Origin: Chthoniobacterales bacterium
GTDB lineage: Bacteria > Verrucomicrobiota > Verrucomicrobiia > Chthoniobacterales > UBA6821
DNA length: 64,000 nt
Direction of reading: 5' to 3'
NCBI GenBank assembly: GCA_019747735.1
Contig: JAIEQL010000032.1
Span: 6,159-70,158, forward strand
Both the position numbers and the translations under genes were made by a program. Below the pieces are notes generated by a model, which did not search any database, was not told the origin of the DNA, and saw only the letters and a program-made list of their open reading frames with translations. This document shows, piece after piece, positions 52,543 to 64,000 of the stretch (positions within the stretch are counted from its first letter, which is position 1; each line of letters starts with the position of its first letter).

Positions 52543-53376
52543 ATGAATGAACATACCTGCTGTTGTAAAGAAAATGATAATTGCTGTTGTGAAAAGTGCA
52601 CTTGTTGCAAACCTCTTGCAGGAAAAGTAGGCGTCGTCTTTGGCGTTGCTAACAAACGCAGCATTGCCTGGGCCATTGCAAAGGCCTGGCATCGTTCCGG
52701 AGCCAAGCTGTTATTTAACTATCAAGGTGATCGGCTCAAAGAAAATGTCGAAGAGCTCACCAGTGAATTTGGCTCCGATGTTTTTCTCCATCCTTGTGAT
52801 GTTTCAAGCGACGAGCAGATAGCGCATTTTTTTAATAAAGTTCGTGAACATACTCCCAAACTTGATCTTTTGCTTCACTCGGTAGCTTTTGCTCCTAAGG
52901 ACGCTTTAGAAAATGATTTTCTCTCTACGTCGCGAGAAGCCTTTTTAACCTCTCACAATATCAGCGCCTATTCTCTTGTAGGGCTTGCTCGGGAAGCAGC
53001 TCCCCTCATGACTGAGGGAGGAAGCATGATTGCCATGACTTATTATGGCTCCACCAAAGTTGTCCCTCACTACAATGTCATGGGTGTTGCCAAAGCCTCT
53101 TTAGAAGCCACTACGCGTTACTTGGCTTATGATTTGGGAAAGAAAAAAATTCGAGTCAACTGCATCAGCGCAGGCCCTCTCCAAACCTTGGCTGCACGTG
53201 GTGTTTCTGGGTTCTCTGCCATGATCAAACATTACGAAGAGCATGCTCCTCTTGGGCGCACATGCACTCATGATGAAATTGGTCATACTGGTGTTTTTCT
53301 AGCTAGCGATTGCTCTTCGGGCATGACGGGACAGGTTATTTACGTCGATGGTGGTTATGAAATCATGGGAATGTAG
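52543..53376 (+). CDS. fabI: enoyl-ACP reductase with a Cys-rich N-terminal leader
   Basis: GVANKRSIAW.IA, HSVAFAP, YNVMGVAKASLE, ISAGP, VDGG. Confidence 0.96.
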   Translation: MNEHTCCCKENDNCCCEKCTCCKPLAGKVGVVFGVANKRSIAWAIAKAWHRSGAKLLFNYQGDRLKENVEELTSEFGSDVFLHPCDVSSDEQIAHFFNKVREHTPKLDLLLHSVAFAPKDALENDFLSTSREAFLTSHNISAYSLVGLAREAAPLMTEGGSMIAMTYYGSTKVVPHYNVMGVAKASLEATTRYLAYDLGKKKIRVNCISAGPLQTLAARGVSGFSAMIKHYEEHAPLGRTCTHDEIGHTGVFLASDCSSGMTGQVIYVDGGYEIMGM

Positions 53377-53394
53377 AGACTGTTTTGCAGCCTC

Positions 53395-53530
53395 AGTTCG
53401 CAGTTGGCAGTAGTTTTGAGCCTTACTGCCTAGTATTAGTTACAACTGCAATCGGTAATCCGATATGACACTCTTGAGTTCTACTCTTTCCGTCACTTTG
53501 AAAATCATTGGCAGCTGGCAACTGACAACT
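53395..53530. repeat. family J inverted arm pair
   Basis: agttcgcagttggcagtag ... gcagctggcaactgacaact. Confidence 0.65.
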
Positions 53531-53541
53531 CTCACTATCTA

Positions 53542-54930
53542 GTGATGAAGAACTCGCACCGCAAGGCCCTGCTCAACCTCTTAAGCGATCCTTCTTCCGT
53601 CATTGAGGATTTAGAAACACGAAAAGAGCTTGGCAAGGATCATTGGTTTGTAGCCGCAGTGCCCGAGATTGCTGTTGCTCCGACAACTTCGGAAGAAGTC
53701 GCAGCGGTTCTTGGTTATGCCAACGAACACAAAATCCCTGTCACCACGCGTGGCGCTGGTTATGGATATGTGGGAGGATGTGTCCCTGTGCAAGGCGGCA
53801 TCTTACTTTCTACAAATCGTCTCAATCGCATTCTAGAAATTAGCAAAGAAGATTTTGTAGCTGTTACCCAACCAGGGGTAATCACAGGTCACCTTCAAAA
53901 AGCTGTTCAAAAAAAAGGGCTTTTTTATCCACCTGACCCAGCCAGTCTGGAGCATTGCAGCATTGGTGGAAACATCGCTACTAATGCTGGTGGTCCACGT
54001 TGCTTAAAATATGGAGTCACGCGTCCTTATGTCCTGGGATTACAAATCGCTCTTGCAGATGGGTCCTTGGTGCGCCTGGGAGGACGAACTCATAAAAACA
54101 AGACCGGTTTTGATTTGATCGGTATGTTTGTCGGATCGGAAGGATTGTTGGGCATCGTCACCGAAGCCACATTGCGTCTTCTTCCACAGCCACCAGCCCG
54201 AGCTGTACTCTCTGCTGGTTTTGCTTCCATGAAGACTGCCACAGCTGCCGTGCAAAAAATCTTTGCGGCTGGTTACCTGCCTGCGGCAGTCGAAATAGCT
54301 GATCACTTCACACTAGAAGCCGCACGTAGTCATGTTCCAGCTCGCCAGCGGGCCATGATTCCTCAAGGAGAAGCCCATTTACTCCTTGAGATCGATGGTC
54401 AAGCTGGAGCAGTCAAAAGCGATGCTAAGGAACTCCAACAGTTTCTTCAAAAAATAAAAGCACTCGATGTTAGTTGCGCTACTTCCCCACAAGAATGTAA
54501 TCACCTGTGGGCCTTGCGCCGTGCTTTTTCCGCCTCACTGCGAGCAACAGGACTAATTAAACTGAACGAAGATATCGTCGTCCCCCGCGGCCGATTGCTT
54601 GATTTGATCAACTTCACAGAGCAATTGCATCGCCGTACTGGTTTTCCTATCGCCTGTTTTGGGCATGCAGGCGATGGAAACATCCATGTCAACATCATGG
54701 TTTCCGAGCAAGAGCAACAATTAGAGAGCAAAAAAATAGAGAGCCTTTTAGATGAACTCTTCACTCAAGTCTTGGCCTGGGGTGGCGCCATCACTGGTGA
54801 ACATGGCATTGGCATTGCTAAGCTCGCTTGGTGGAAGATGGCTACCACTCCGGAACTACGCGAGCTTCACCAAAAAATAAAAGGAACACTTGATCCGCAT
54901 GGCATTTTGAATCCTGGAAAATTTGTTTGA
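53542..54930 (+). CDS. FAD-linked oxidase, GlcD / D-2-hydroxyacid dehydrogenase family
   Basis: YPPDPAS, GGNIATNAGG..CLKYGVT, GSEG.LG, FGHAGDGNIH, GEHGIG, LNPGK. Confidence 0.92.
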   Translation: MMKNSHRKALLNLLSDPSSVIEDLETRKELGKDHWFVAAVPEIAVAPTTSEEVAAVLGYANEHKIPVTTRGAGYGYVGGCVPVQGGILLSTNRLNRILEISKEDFVAVTQPGVITGHLQKAVQKKGLFYPPDPASLEHCSIGGNIATNAGGPRCLKYGVTRPYVLGLQIALADGSLVRLGGRTHKNKTGFDLIGMFVGSEGLLGIVTEATLRLLPQPPARAVLSAGFASMKTATAAVQKIFAAGYLPAAVEIADHFTLEAARSHVPARQRAMIPQGEAHLLLEIDGQAGAVKSDAKELQQFLQKIKALDVSCATSPQECNHLWALRRAFSASLRATGLIKLNEDIVVPRGRLLDLINFTEQLHRRTGFPIACFGHAGDGNIHVNIMVSEQEQQLESKKIESLLDELFTQVLAWGGAITGEHGIGIAKLAWWKMATTPELRELHQKIKGTLDPHGILNPGKFV

Positions 54931-54955
54931 ACCGAATATTTCGTCTAAATAACGC

Positions 54956-56053
54956 ATGAAACTTAAAAATAAGAACAATCCTTTTTCTATTACAAACGTT
55001 TCCGCATGGCCTCTGAAAGCTGCTTTAAATCAGCCTTTCCGGATTGCTACAGGAGAGCATGCTGTCGTAGAGAATGTTTTTCTCAGCATCACCCTAGCTG
55101 ACGGAAGCACTGGTTTTGGCGAAGCTGCTGTGGCAACCCACATTACGGGTGAGACCATTGAGCAAACGCTCCAGAACCTTCAATCCAGCGCTTCCTGGCT
55201 CGAAGGAAAAGCGGCTACTGATTATTTAACAATCTCGACACACCTCCATGAACGACTTGTCGGCAATCATTGTGCTTTAGCAGCCCTTGAAATGGCCCTC
55301 TTAGATGCACTCACACGCTCGCTACGATTGCCACTCTGGCGCCTCTGGGGATCTCAAGCCAAGCCGCTGCATTCCGATGTCACGATCGTCATCGCCTCCC
55401 TCGAAGAGACCCAAGAAAAAACGAAGCAATTTTATGAGCAAGGATTTCGTTCCTTTAAAATAAAAATAGGAAGCGATCACGATCTCGATGTTCAGCGCAT
55501 TCAAGCGGTCAAAAAAATTATTAAAAAAGCCCCTCTTCTCCTTGATGGGAACCAAGGCTACAGCGCTCCAGAAGCGATCAAACTGATTAAAATATTAAAA
55601 CGTCATGGCATTGGGGTGGATCTTTTTGAACAGCCGGTGCCAAGAGATGATTGGGAGGGACTTCAAAAAATTGGTCGTGATACTGGCATTTGCATTTGCG
55701 CGGATGAGAGCGCCTCAAGCACGGAAACTGCTTTGCTCTTAATGAAGAAAAAAATGGTCGGTGCTATCAATATTAAGCTCATGAAAACAGGACTCATTGA
55801 TGCACTAGAGATCAGTCGCTGGGCTCGAGCTTATGGCATCAAGCTGATGATCGGTGGGATGGTGGAGTCTAACCTTGCCATGATGGCCTCGGCTCATGTG
55901 GCCACAGCCTTAGGTTGTTTTGATTTTATTGATCTCGACACTCCTTTCTTCATTAAAAAAGAAGTCGCTCGCAACCCCTTCCTCAGCCGTAATGGAATTT
56001 ATGACCTGAGCAATGTCAAAGCCGGCATTGGCATTGTGCCGAAAAAGAAATAG
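54956..56053 (+). CDS. dipeptide (L-Ala-D/L-Glu) epimerase, enolase superfamily
   Basis: PFRIA, KIKIG, D.NQGY, EQP, ADES, NIKLMK, G.M.ES, DLD. Confidence 0.9.
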   Translation: MKLKNKNNPFSITNVSAWPLKAALNQPFRIATGEHAVVENVFLSITLADGSTGFGEAAVATHITGETIEQTLQNLQSSASWLEGKAATDYLTISTHLHERLVGNHCALAALEMALLDALTRSLRLPLWRLWGSQAKPLHSDVTIVIASLEETQEKTKQFYEQGFRSFKIKIGSDHDLDVQRIQAVKKIIKKAPLLLDGNQGYSAPEAIKLIKILKRHGIGVDLFEQPVPRDDWEGLQKIGRDTGICICADESASSTETALLLMKKKMVGAINIKLMKTGLIDALEISRWARAYGIKLMIGGMVESNLAMMASAHVATALGCFDFIDLDTPFFIKKEVARNPFLSRNGIYDLSNVKAGIGIVPKKK

Positions 56054-56139
56054 CCGCAAAAGAACACAACGAGCACAAAATTAAGCCGTAGTAAATCTTA
56101 GATTTTGAAAACGTAAGCGAGATATGTTTATCGTTCTCG

Positions 56140-56566
56140 ATTCGTTACGAATGGGACGATCAAAAAAATGAACTACTAGAGCATTTTAAATAAAACTACA
56201 GCCATTTTAGAGCATCATTAAAAATTTTTGTAGTCGATGCAGTGCCAGGAGCTGAGGCGCACAACGAGGGAGTGTATAGCCAATACTCGATGGAGCGAGC
56301 ACCGAAGCGACGACGCAATGAGCGGCTACAAAATTTTTTAATATGCTCTAAAACAAGAGCGAGGTATTTCTTTTGAAGAGATTGAGTGGGCTCTTGAGAA
56401 TCGACCTCTTTTAGGAAAAGCATTTAACCCACAGCATCCAAAACAAATTATTCTTCTCATAGAAATCGATCACTACGTTTGGGCTATTCCTACTGAGCAA
56501 CGCGGCAAAAAAACTCGGCTCATCACAGCCTATCAAAGCCGAAAATTTACAAAAAAATATTTATGA
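56140..56566 (+). pseudogene. BrnT/DUF4258-like toxin gene interrupted by MITE A
   Basis: Removing 56179-56350 restores IRYEWDDQKNELLKQERGISFEEIEWAL...TRLITAYQSRKFTKKYL*. The stop overlaps the next ATG (ATGA). Confidence 0.85.
56177..56350 (-). mobile_element. MITE family A, copy 3 (174 bp including both TA)
   Basis: Reverse complement of 30101-30274; the TA of codon CTA is duplicated on both sides. Confidence 0.95.
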
Positions 56567-56802
56567 GAACCACTGATTTTCCTTTTGATTTCGAACTAGA
56601 CCCTTGCGAGCAGGCTTTAGAAGATGAATTAGAGCGCCTTGACCAAGAAGGGCTTGTTGTTGTTAGAAAAGCAACTCCTGAAAAACGAGCGATGTATCAT
56701 CAAGCATCTGTTAATACTCGTAAAGCTCTTCGCGAAGGAAAATGTTGGATGATTGAGCGTCCTAGCATTTATGCAGACTCCTCAGAAGAACTGATGGCTT
56801 GA
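56563..56802 (+). CDS. putative antitoxin (possibly truncated)
   Basis: Translationally coupled to the toxin, with an acidic LDPCEQALEDELE N-terminus. The frame continues 27 codons beyond the TGA. Confidence 0.6.
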   Translation: MRTTDFPFDFELDPCEQALEDELERLDQEGLVVVRKATPEKRAMYHQASVNTRKALREGKCWMIERPSIYADSSEELMA

Positions 56803-56871
56803 CTCTCTCCAGCTGCTCAAGAGAAGCTTAAGGAGTCCCTCAAAAAGAAAGCTGCTGCTGCGCCAGAAAAA

Positions 56872-58926
<2,055 letters not shown>

Positions 58927-59955
58927 TTAAACCTCTTTGCTGAGCTCTGCCTCTAATTCTTCAATAGAAGGAAGAGAGGCACTTAAATTTTCAGGCAATG
59001 CATCACATAGTTTATATTCAGCAAGTCCAATGGGCTTGGTCATATCGCGCAAGGTATATTCGGCAAGCACGTTATTTTTTGATCTGCATAAAATCAGGCC
59101 TATCGAAGGTTGGTCACCGCTGTGCTTAATAAGATCATCTACAGCCGAAAGATAAAAATTCATTTTTCCAGCATACTCAGGCTTAAAATCTTGATCCTTG
59201 AGTTCAATAACGACAAAATAACGCAATTTCAGATGATAAAAAAGTAAGTCTATATAAAAATCTTGTTCTCCAACCTCCAAATGATATTGCCTTCCAACAA
59301 AAGCAAAACCAGCTCCTAGCTCGAGCAAAAATTTTTCCATGTGTTGAATGAGAGCCTTCTCCATTTCTCGTTCATGAGCCTCATCTCCAATGCTTAAAAA
59401 ACCAAAAAGGTATGGATCTTTGAGTGCATAATGAGCCAGATCTGATTGTGTTAATGGGAGTTTTTCTTTAAAATTGGTGATGGCTTTACCCTGACGCTGA
59501 TGAAGAGAACGTTCAATCTGTGATACCATCACATTGCGTGACCAGTTATGCGCAATTGCTTGTTTTATATAAAAAAGCCGGTCCTGTTGATTAGAAACAC
59601 GATCAAGCAAACAGAGATGATGCCCCCATGGCAATTGTGCAACAACCTGCTGCACAAATTCAACATCAGGATATTCCTGAGCAAACTTGCGCATATATTT
59701 GAGATTTCTAGGGCTAAAACCTTTCATTTCTGGAAACTCAGCATGCAAATCCTTACTCAGTTGATCAATAATCTTGGCGCCCCAGCCATACTCTTGTTGC
59801 GATTTTAAAATCTCCGTTCCTATGTGGTGATACAAAAGAATGAGCTCTTTATTAACGCTTCGAGCTGCTTGGTAACGCGAAGAGAGCACACGTGACTTTA
59901 AGCTCTCTAAAAACTGAAGATACGTTTTGCTAACGATATTCTTATTTTTATTCAT
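58927..59955 (-). CDS. YhcG / DUF1016 PDDEXK nuclease family protein
   Basis: WGAKII..LS.DL, GFS.RNL.YM, KDPY, LELG.GF.FVGRQ, IDLLFYH, VIELK, G.MNFY. Confidence 0.95.
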   Translation of the reverse strand: MNKNKNIVSKTYLQFLESLKSRVLSSRYQAARSVNKELILLYHHIGTEILKSQQEYGWGAKIIDQLSKDLHAEFPEMKGFSPRNLKYMRKFAQEYPDVEFVQQVVAQLPWGHHLCLLDRVSNQQDRLFYIKQAIAHNWSRNVMVSQIERSLHQRQGKAITNFKEKLPLTQSDLAHYALKDPYLFGFLSIGDEAHEREMEKALIQHMEKFLLELGAGFAFVGRQYHLEVGEQDFYIDLLFYHLKLRYFVVIELKDQDFKPEYAGKMNFYLSAVDDLIKHSGDQPSIGLILCRSKNNVLAEYTLRDMTKPIGLAEYKLCDALPENLSASLPSIEELEAELSKEV

Positions 59956-59971
59956 AAAGTTTAATCGCACT

Positions 59972-60457
59972 TTATTTTACTCTCGCATAAAGAAAGAGAT
60001 CTTCCAGGTTCCCTTGTCGTACAATGGCTTTCTTCATGATCCCTTCGTGGACAAATCCATTTTTTTCTAACACACGTTGAGATCCAATATTCAAGGGACT
60101 AACAAAGGCTTCAATCCGTGCCACGCCAAGCTCTTGGAAACCTCTCTCTACAGCTAGGCTCACTGCCTCTGTCATAAATCCCTTTCCCCAATATTTTTTG
60201 GCAGAGACATAACCAAGCACTGCTTTACATTGATAATCTCCTTTTCCGAGATCCAAGGTTAAAGAGCCAATGACATTCTCCCCTACGAGAATAGCCTGAA
60301 ACCAGGGATGTTGCTTTACAATACGTTCAAAAAACTCCTCGGCCGCTTTACGTGATTGATAAGGAGCCCAGCGAGTATAGCGAGTGACTTCTGGGTCGGT
60401 AGCCCAGATCAGAAAATCATCGATGTCCTCCAGCGCCAGTGGCCGTAAAAAAATCAT
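59972..60457 (-). CDS. GNAT N-acetyltransferase (RimJ/RimL-like)
   Basis: LGY....YWGKG..TEA, N.GSQRVLEK.GF..EG. Confidence 0.92.
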   Translation of the reverse strand: MIFLRPLALEDIDDFLIWATDPEVTRYTRWAPYQSRKAAEEFFERIVKQHPWFQAILVGENVIGSLTLDLGKGDYQCKAVLGYVSAKKYWGKGFMTEAVSLAVERGFQELGVARIEAFVSPLNIGSQRVLEKNGFVHEGIMKKAIVRQGNLEDLFLYARVK

Positions 60458-60458
60458 T

Positions 60459-61754
60459 TTATAAAACTTCCTCTCTCACCAAATCCTCCCACCTCTGACG
60501 TCGACGAACAACAGTGGCAGTAGCACCATCAACGAGCACTTCCGCTGGTAGTGGACGAGCATTGTAAGTCGAGGCCATAGAAAATCCATAGGCGCCAGCA
60601 CTCATGAGAGCGACGCATTCTCCTGGTTCGACTGGCGGCATCATCCGATCTTGTGCAAAAAAGTCACCGCTCTCACAGACAGGACCCACCACATCAACTT
60701 GCTCTAACGTACTTCCCATAGGCTTTCGCAGAGGCTCTATTTCATGATATCCCTGATACAAGGCAGGGCGAATTAAGTCATTCATCCCGGCATCAACAAT
60801 GAGAAATTTTTTAGCGGGCGTTTCTTTATGATAAAGCACTTTGGTAAGCAGCACTCCTGCATTGCCTACAATAAAACGACCTGGCTCAAAAAGAATACGC
60901 AGTCCTAAACTCTGAAGAGGCTTGAGCACATAAGATGAATAAATTTCCGGCGTCATTCTCTCTTTTTGTGAAATAGAAGTCCCTTCTTTCCAATATACCT
61001 CATCAGCACTGGCTAGTACGTCATGATAAACAATACCTATTCCTCCTCCGATACTGAAAAATTCTAGCTCGTAGCGGGCTTTCAACTTTAAAATGAGTGG
61101 CCTCAATTTTTCAATGGCCTCTGCAAAAGGAGCCGGATCGAGAATTTGTGAACCAATGTGAGTTTGGACTCCTCTGATTTTTAAATACGATAAGGCTGCA
61201 GCCCTTTCATAGACTGCTTCTGCACGATCTAAGCCAATGCCAAATTTATTTTTACTCTTTCCTGTTGAGATATAATGATGTGTTGGTGCATCGACATCGG
61301 GATTGACTCGTAGAGCAATGGGCGCCACGCAGTTCATACTTGCGGCTACATCATTGATCAATTCCAGCTCCCCCTCTGACTCGACATTAAAAGAATAAAT
61401 TCCTTGCTCTAGAGCATAGCGAATCTCATTTTCCATCTTCCCCACTCCAGCAAAGGTACAGCGGTCAGCACGTCCTCCAGCTTGGAGCACTTTAAAAAGC
61501 TCTCCTGCGGAGACAATGTCAAATCCCGCTCCTTCTTGAGCAAGCAAGCGCAACACTGCAAGATTGCTGTTAGCTTTAACGGCGTAACAGAGCATTCGAT
61601 CGAGCGGCGCCAAGGCACGATCAAGGGAGTGAAAATGATTGCAAATAGTCGCTGTAGAATAAACATAAGTAGGCGTTCCAACCTTTGCCGCCAAGGCTTC
61701 CAGATCGACTTCTTCAGCATGAAGCTTGCCTTGAGAATAATGAAAAGAATGCAT
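60459..61754 (-). CDS. lysA: diaminopimelate decarboxylase
   Basis: YAVKANSN, DIVS.GE, HIGSQ, EPGR, GPVCESGD, GAYG. Confidence 0.97.
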   Translation of the reverse strand: MHSFHYSQGKLHAEEVDLEALAAKVGTPTYVYSTATICNHFHSLDRALAPLDRMLCYAVKANSNLAVLRLLAQEGAGFDIVSAGELFKVLQAGGRADRCTFAGVGKMENEIRYALEQGIYSFNVESEGELELINDVAASMNCVAPIALRVNPDVDAPTHHYISTGKSKNKFGIGLDRAEAVYERAAALSYLKIRGVQTHIGSQILDPAPFAEAIEKLRPLILKLKARYELEFFSIGGGIGIVYHDVLASADEVYWKEGTSISQKERMTPEIYSSYVLKPLQSLGLRILFEPGRFIVGNAGVLLTKVLYHKETPAKKFLIVDAGMNDLIRPALYQGYHEIEPLRKPMGSTLEQVDVVGPVCESGDFFAQDRMMPPVEPGECVALMSAGAYGFSMASTYNARPLPAEVLVDGATATVVRRRQRWEDLVREEVL

Positions 61755-61763
61755 GGAAGAAAA

Positions 61764-61808
61764 AGTTTGAGCCTAGAGTTTGAGTTTGAGTTAACTTCGC
61801 GCTTCGCG
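61764..61808 (-). repeat. family F solo arm
   Basis: Reverse complement cgcgaagcgcgaagttaactcaaactcaaact matches 4477-4508. Confidence 0.85.
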
Positions 61809-61838
61809 CATTTTTAAAGGTAACTTTTTTCCCATCTT

Positions 61839-62786
61839 ATGCTCAAATACCTTTTTCTTTTTTTAATCAGTGGGTTTTTTGTTTTCCTGTGTTTTGACGC
61901 ACCTATTTTTTCTTCAATGCCACATCCCTCCACCTCTTACGAAGAGGCTCTTGCAAAGTTTGCCACTCTAGAACAAGAAGAAGCAGCCTTACCACTTTCC
62001 CAAGCAGGACATTCTCGTCTTTTTGTTCATGGAGCGAAAACAGAACGTGCCTTCGTACTGCTGCATGGCCTTAGCAGTTGCCCTGAACAAGATGTTGTGC
62101 TGGGCAAGATGCTTTTTGACTTGGGAGCTAACGTGATTATTCCACGCGCTAAGTACGCAGGGTTTTCAGACTTGCTTAATGCGGAACAAGGAAAACAAAA
62201 CGGACAAGATCTCCTCGACCAGGCTGCCACAGGATTGGACATTGCTGCAGGTTTAGGAAATAAAACTACCATCATTGCTATCTCTGCGAGTGCACTTGCT
62301 GCGGCTTGGATGGCTCAACATCGCCCTGGAATAGAGAGCGTCTTGTTGATCTCTCCCTTTTTTGCTCCTTATGGATACTCCGCTCTAAGGGCTAACATTC
62401 TTGCAAACCTACTCGTTCATTTGCCTAACATTTTTCTTTGGAAAGATTCTCACCGTAAAGCAGCTGTTAACGACAATAGTTATAACTACCCTCGCTGGAG
62501 CACCCATACGCTTGCAAGCACGCTACAGCTTGCTCGAAATGTAGCTGCTTTTCGAGAGCCCATCGAATGCAATCGACTCTCCATTCTCGTTTCCGATGAT
62601 GATGAAACCGTCAACAATCATCTGACAAAAAAAATACTCAAACGATGGAAGAGAGAAAATCCGGATAAGATTTTTTTCTATGCTTTTCCTAAGTCGCTTC
62701 AAGTTCCTCATAATTGCCTCAATCAAGAGCAAAAAGACTTTTCACTAGAAACAGTCTATGCCCAGATTTTAAAGATGGTTCAATAA
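61839..62786 (+). CDS. membrane-anchored or secreted alpha/beta hydrolase
   Basis: LLHGLSSCP, nucleophile elbow AISAS, DDETV, PHN. Confidence 0.75.
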   Translation: MLKYLFLFLISGFFVFLCFDAPIFSSMPHPSTSYEEALAKFATLEQEEAALPLSQAGHSRLFVHGAKTERAFVLLHGLSSCPEQDVVLGKMLFDLGANVIIPRAKYAGFSDLLNAEQGKQNGQDLLDQAATGLDIAAGLGNKTTIIAISASALAAAWMAQHRPGIESVLLISPFFAPYGYSALRANILANLLVHLPNIFLWKDSHRKAAVNDNSYNYPRWSTHTLASTLQLARNVAAFREPIECNRLSILVSDDDETVNNHLTKKILKRWKRENPDKIFFYAFPKSLQVPHNCLNQEQKDFSLETVYAQILKMVQ

Positions 62787-62829
62787 AATTTCTTGGACAA
62801 TTTTTCTAATCATTTTACCGTCATAGAAT

Positions 62830-63267
62830 ATGATCAACTCATGGATTTCACCACTCATTGGCGGTATTGCAGCAACCGCTGTTATGACCTGCGCTCTTTT
62901 CGTTCCCCACTGGCTGGGATTTGGGAGAGTTGATGTCATTCGAGCAGTAGGAGCACTTATTACTCATCGCCCTCGCAATGCTTTTTTACCTGGCCTTGTA
63001 TTGCATATCACCTCAGGGATTATTTTTGCGTATATTTATAAAATAATTCTGCTTCTTTCTTTTATTCCCTTTAACGCCTTAACAGGAATGATGATGGGAG
63101 CTCTTCATGGTGTTATTATCATGCTTCTTGTCTCTATCGTAATCATGGAGCATCACCCTATCGCTTACTATCACACCCGTGGGCCAATGACCGGAGTAGC
63201 TCAACTCTTAGCCCATATTCTTTATGGATTGGTGGTAGGAAGTGTTGTTCAGCTCCTCTCTTATTAG
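62830..63267 (+). CDS. 4-TM membrane protein of unknown function
   Basis: G..AT.VMT, G.VLH...G..FA..Y, AH..YG. Confidence 0.8.
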   Translation: MINSWISPLIGGIAATAVMTCALFVPHWLGFGRVDVIRAVGALITHRPRNAFLPGLVLHITSGIIFAYIYKIILLLSFIPFNALTGMMMGALHGVIIMLLVSIVIMEHHPIAYYHTRGPMTGVAQLLAHILYGLVVGSVVQLLSY

Positions 63268-63358
63268 GAGATAGAATATGGAAGATAGGAGTTAAGGAAT
63301 TTATTTACGGTTCAAGAGCATCTTTAGCAAAGGTGATCTACCATCTTCTATCTCCTAA
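63264..63358. repeat. family I inverted arm pair containing both convergent stop codons
   Basis: ttaggagatagaatatggaag matches the reverse complement of 63338-63358 at 19/21. Confidence 0.85.
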
Positions 63359-64000
63359 CTTTGGCACCACATCCAGCACCATGGCAAAAAGAGCCATGCG
63401 AAGCGGAATGCCATTCTCAGCTTGGCGGAAGATAGCAAGCGCTGGATGATCGTTAAGATCATTATCAATTTCGTTAGAACCAGGGCGACTATCGCGTGGC
63501 AAGGGATGTAAAACGACCGCTCCAGGACGGCAGACTTTTTCATAGAGCCCCCGATTCAGACTATAACAGCCGCGATACTGACCTGCCTCTTCACTATGAG
63601 CAAAGCGCTCTTCTTGAATCCGTGTCATGTAGATCACATCAGCATGGGCAATACCACTGGCAATATCTTCTGTTTGTGTCACCTTGTGTCCTCGCATCAA
63701 GGCCTGATCGACAAGAGCCGGTGGCATCTTCAGTTGTTCAGGGGAGACAAAAGTAAAAGAAATGTTTTTAAAAAGAGAGAGTAACTTTGTCAGAGAATGC
63801 ACAGTGCGACCATGTTTGAGATCACCGATCATAGTGATAGAAAGCCCTTCGAGTTGGTCCCAACTCCGCCCTTGTTCTTTCATGATGGTGTAAAGATCCA
63901 GCAAAGCTTGCGTCGGATGCTCCCCTGCTCCATCACCACTGCTAATGACAGGCGTTGTCGTTGCTTCTGCTATTTTTTTGACAGAGCCTTCTTCGGGATG
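63338..64000 (-). CDS. pyrB: aspartate carbamoyltransferase (partial, 5' end outside the window)
   Basis: GDGAGEHPTQALLD, GDLKHGRTVHSL, YMTRIQEER, HPLPR, RMAL. Confidence 0.97.
   Translation of the reverse strand, partial: HPEEGSVKKIAEATTTPVISSGDGAGEHPTQALLDLYTIMKEQGRSWDQLEGLSITMIGDLKHGRTVHSLTKLLSLFKNISFTFVSPEQLKMPPALVDQALMRGHKVTQTEDIASGIAHADVIYMTRIQEERFAHSEEAGQYRGCYSLNRGLYEKVCRPGAVVLHPLPRDSRPGSNEIDNDLNDHPALAIFRQAENGIPLRMALFAMVLDVVPKLGDRRW

Noticed and set aside
35674-56802. TGA-to-Trp recoding (genetic code 4), suggested by two in-frame TGAs
   Set aside because: Conserved genes use TGG with no internal TGA, and TGA ends genes at their expected C-termini (FAD oxidase NPGKFV*, mlaF, ATGA overlaps).
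61755-61838. Lysine riboswitch upstream of lysA
   Set aside because: The gap is only about 84 bp and is occupied by a family F repeat arm.

Overview
Gene-dense bacterial chromosomal window, genetic code 11. It is mostly housekeeping: aroD, leuS, rdgB, long GreA, eno, ftsB, ftsK, KamA-family, ppk1, mlaEFD, rpoD, dnaG, icd, gltX, uppS, xerD-like, fabI, ligA, lysA and partial pyrB. The long GreA and the Lys-rich RpoD extension suggest PVC/Verrucomicrobiota, possibly host-associated (inference). I saw no rRNA, tRNA, CRISPR array or classical DDE transposase. The unusual content is a set of small palindromic elements. (1) Four 144-174 bp MITE families (A-D) form two pairs that share an internal core but carry different termini; one core resembles Rickettsia RPE/Wolbachia WPE, and one set of ends is Correia-like. 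(2) A 60-bp hairpin sits in frame twice inside one nucleotidyltransferase. (3) Several inverted-arm families, some with 6-7-nt periodicity, enclose non-coding spacers, nest inside each other and supply gene stop codons. One MITE has knocked out a BrnT-like toxin with a clean TA duplication, and another separates a glycosyltransferase from its likely RBS. Other candidates are a TPP-enzyme/NeuB-like/GtrB/GT-C sugar-modification module, a FabI with a 9-Cys N-terminal leader, two Rpn-family nucleases and orphan secreted proteins. Family assignments come from motifs recognised by eye, not from database searches.
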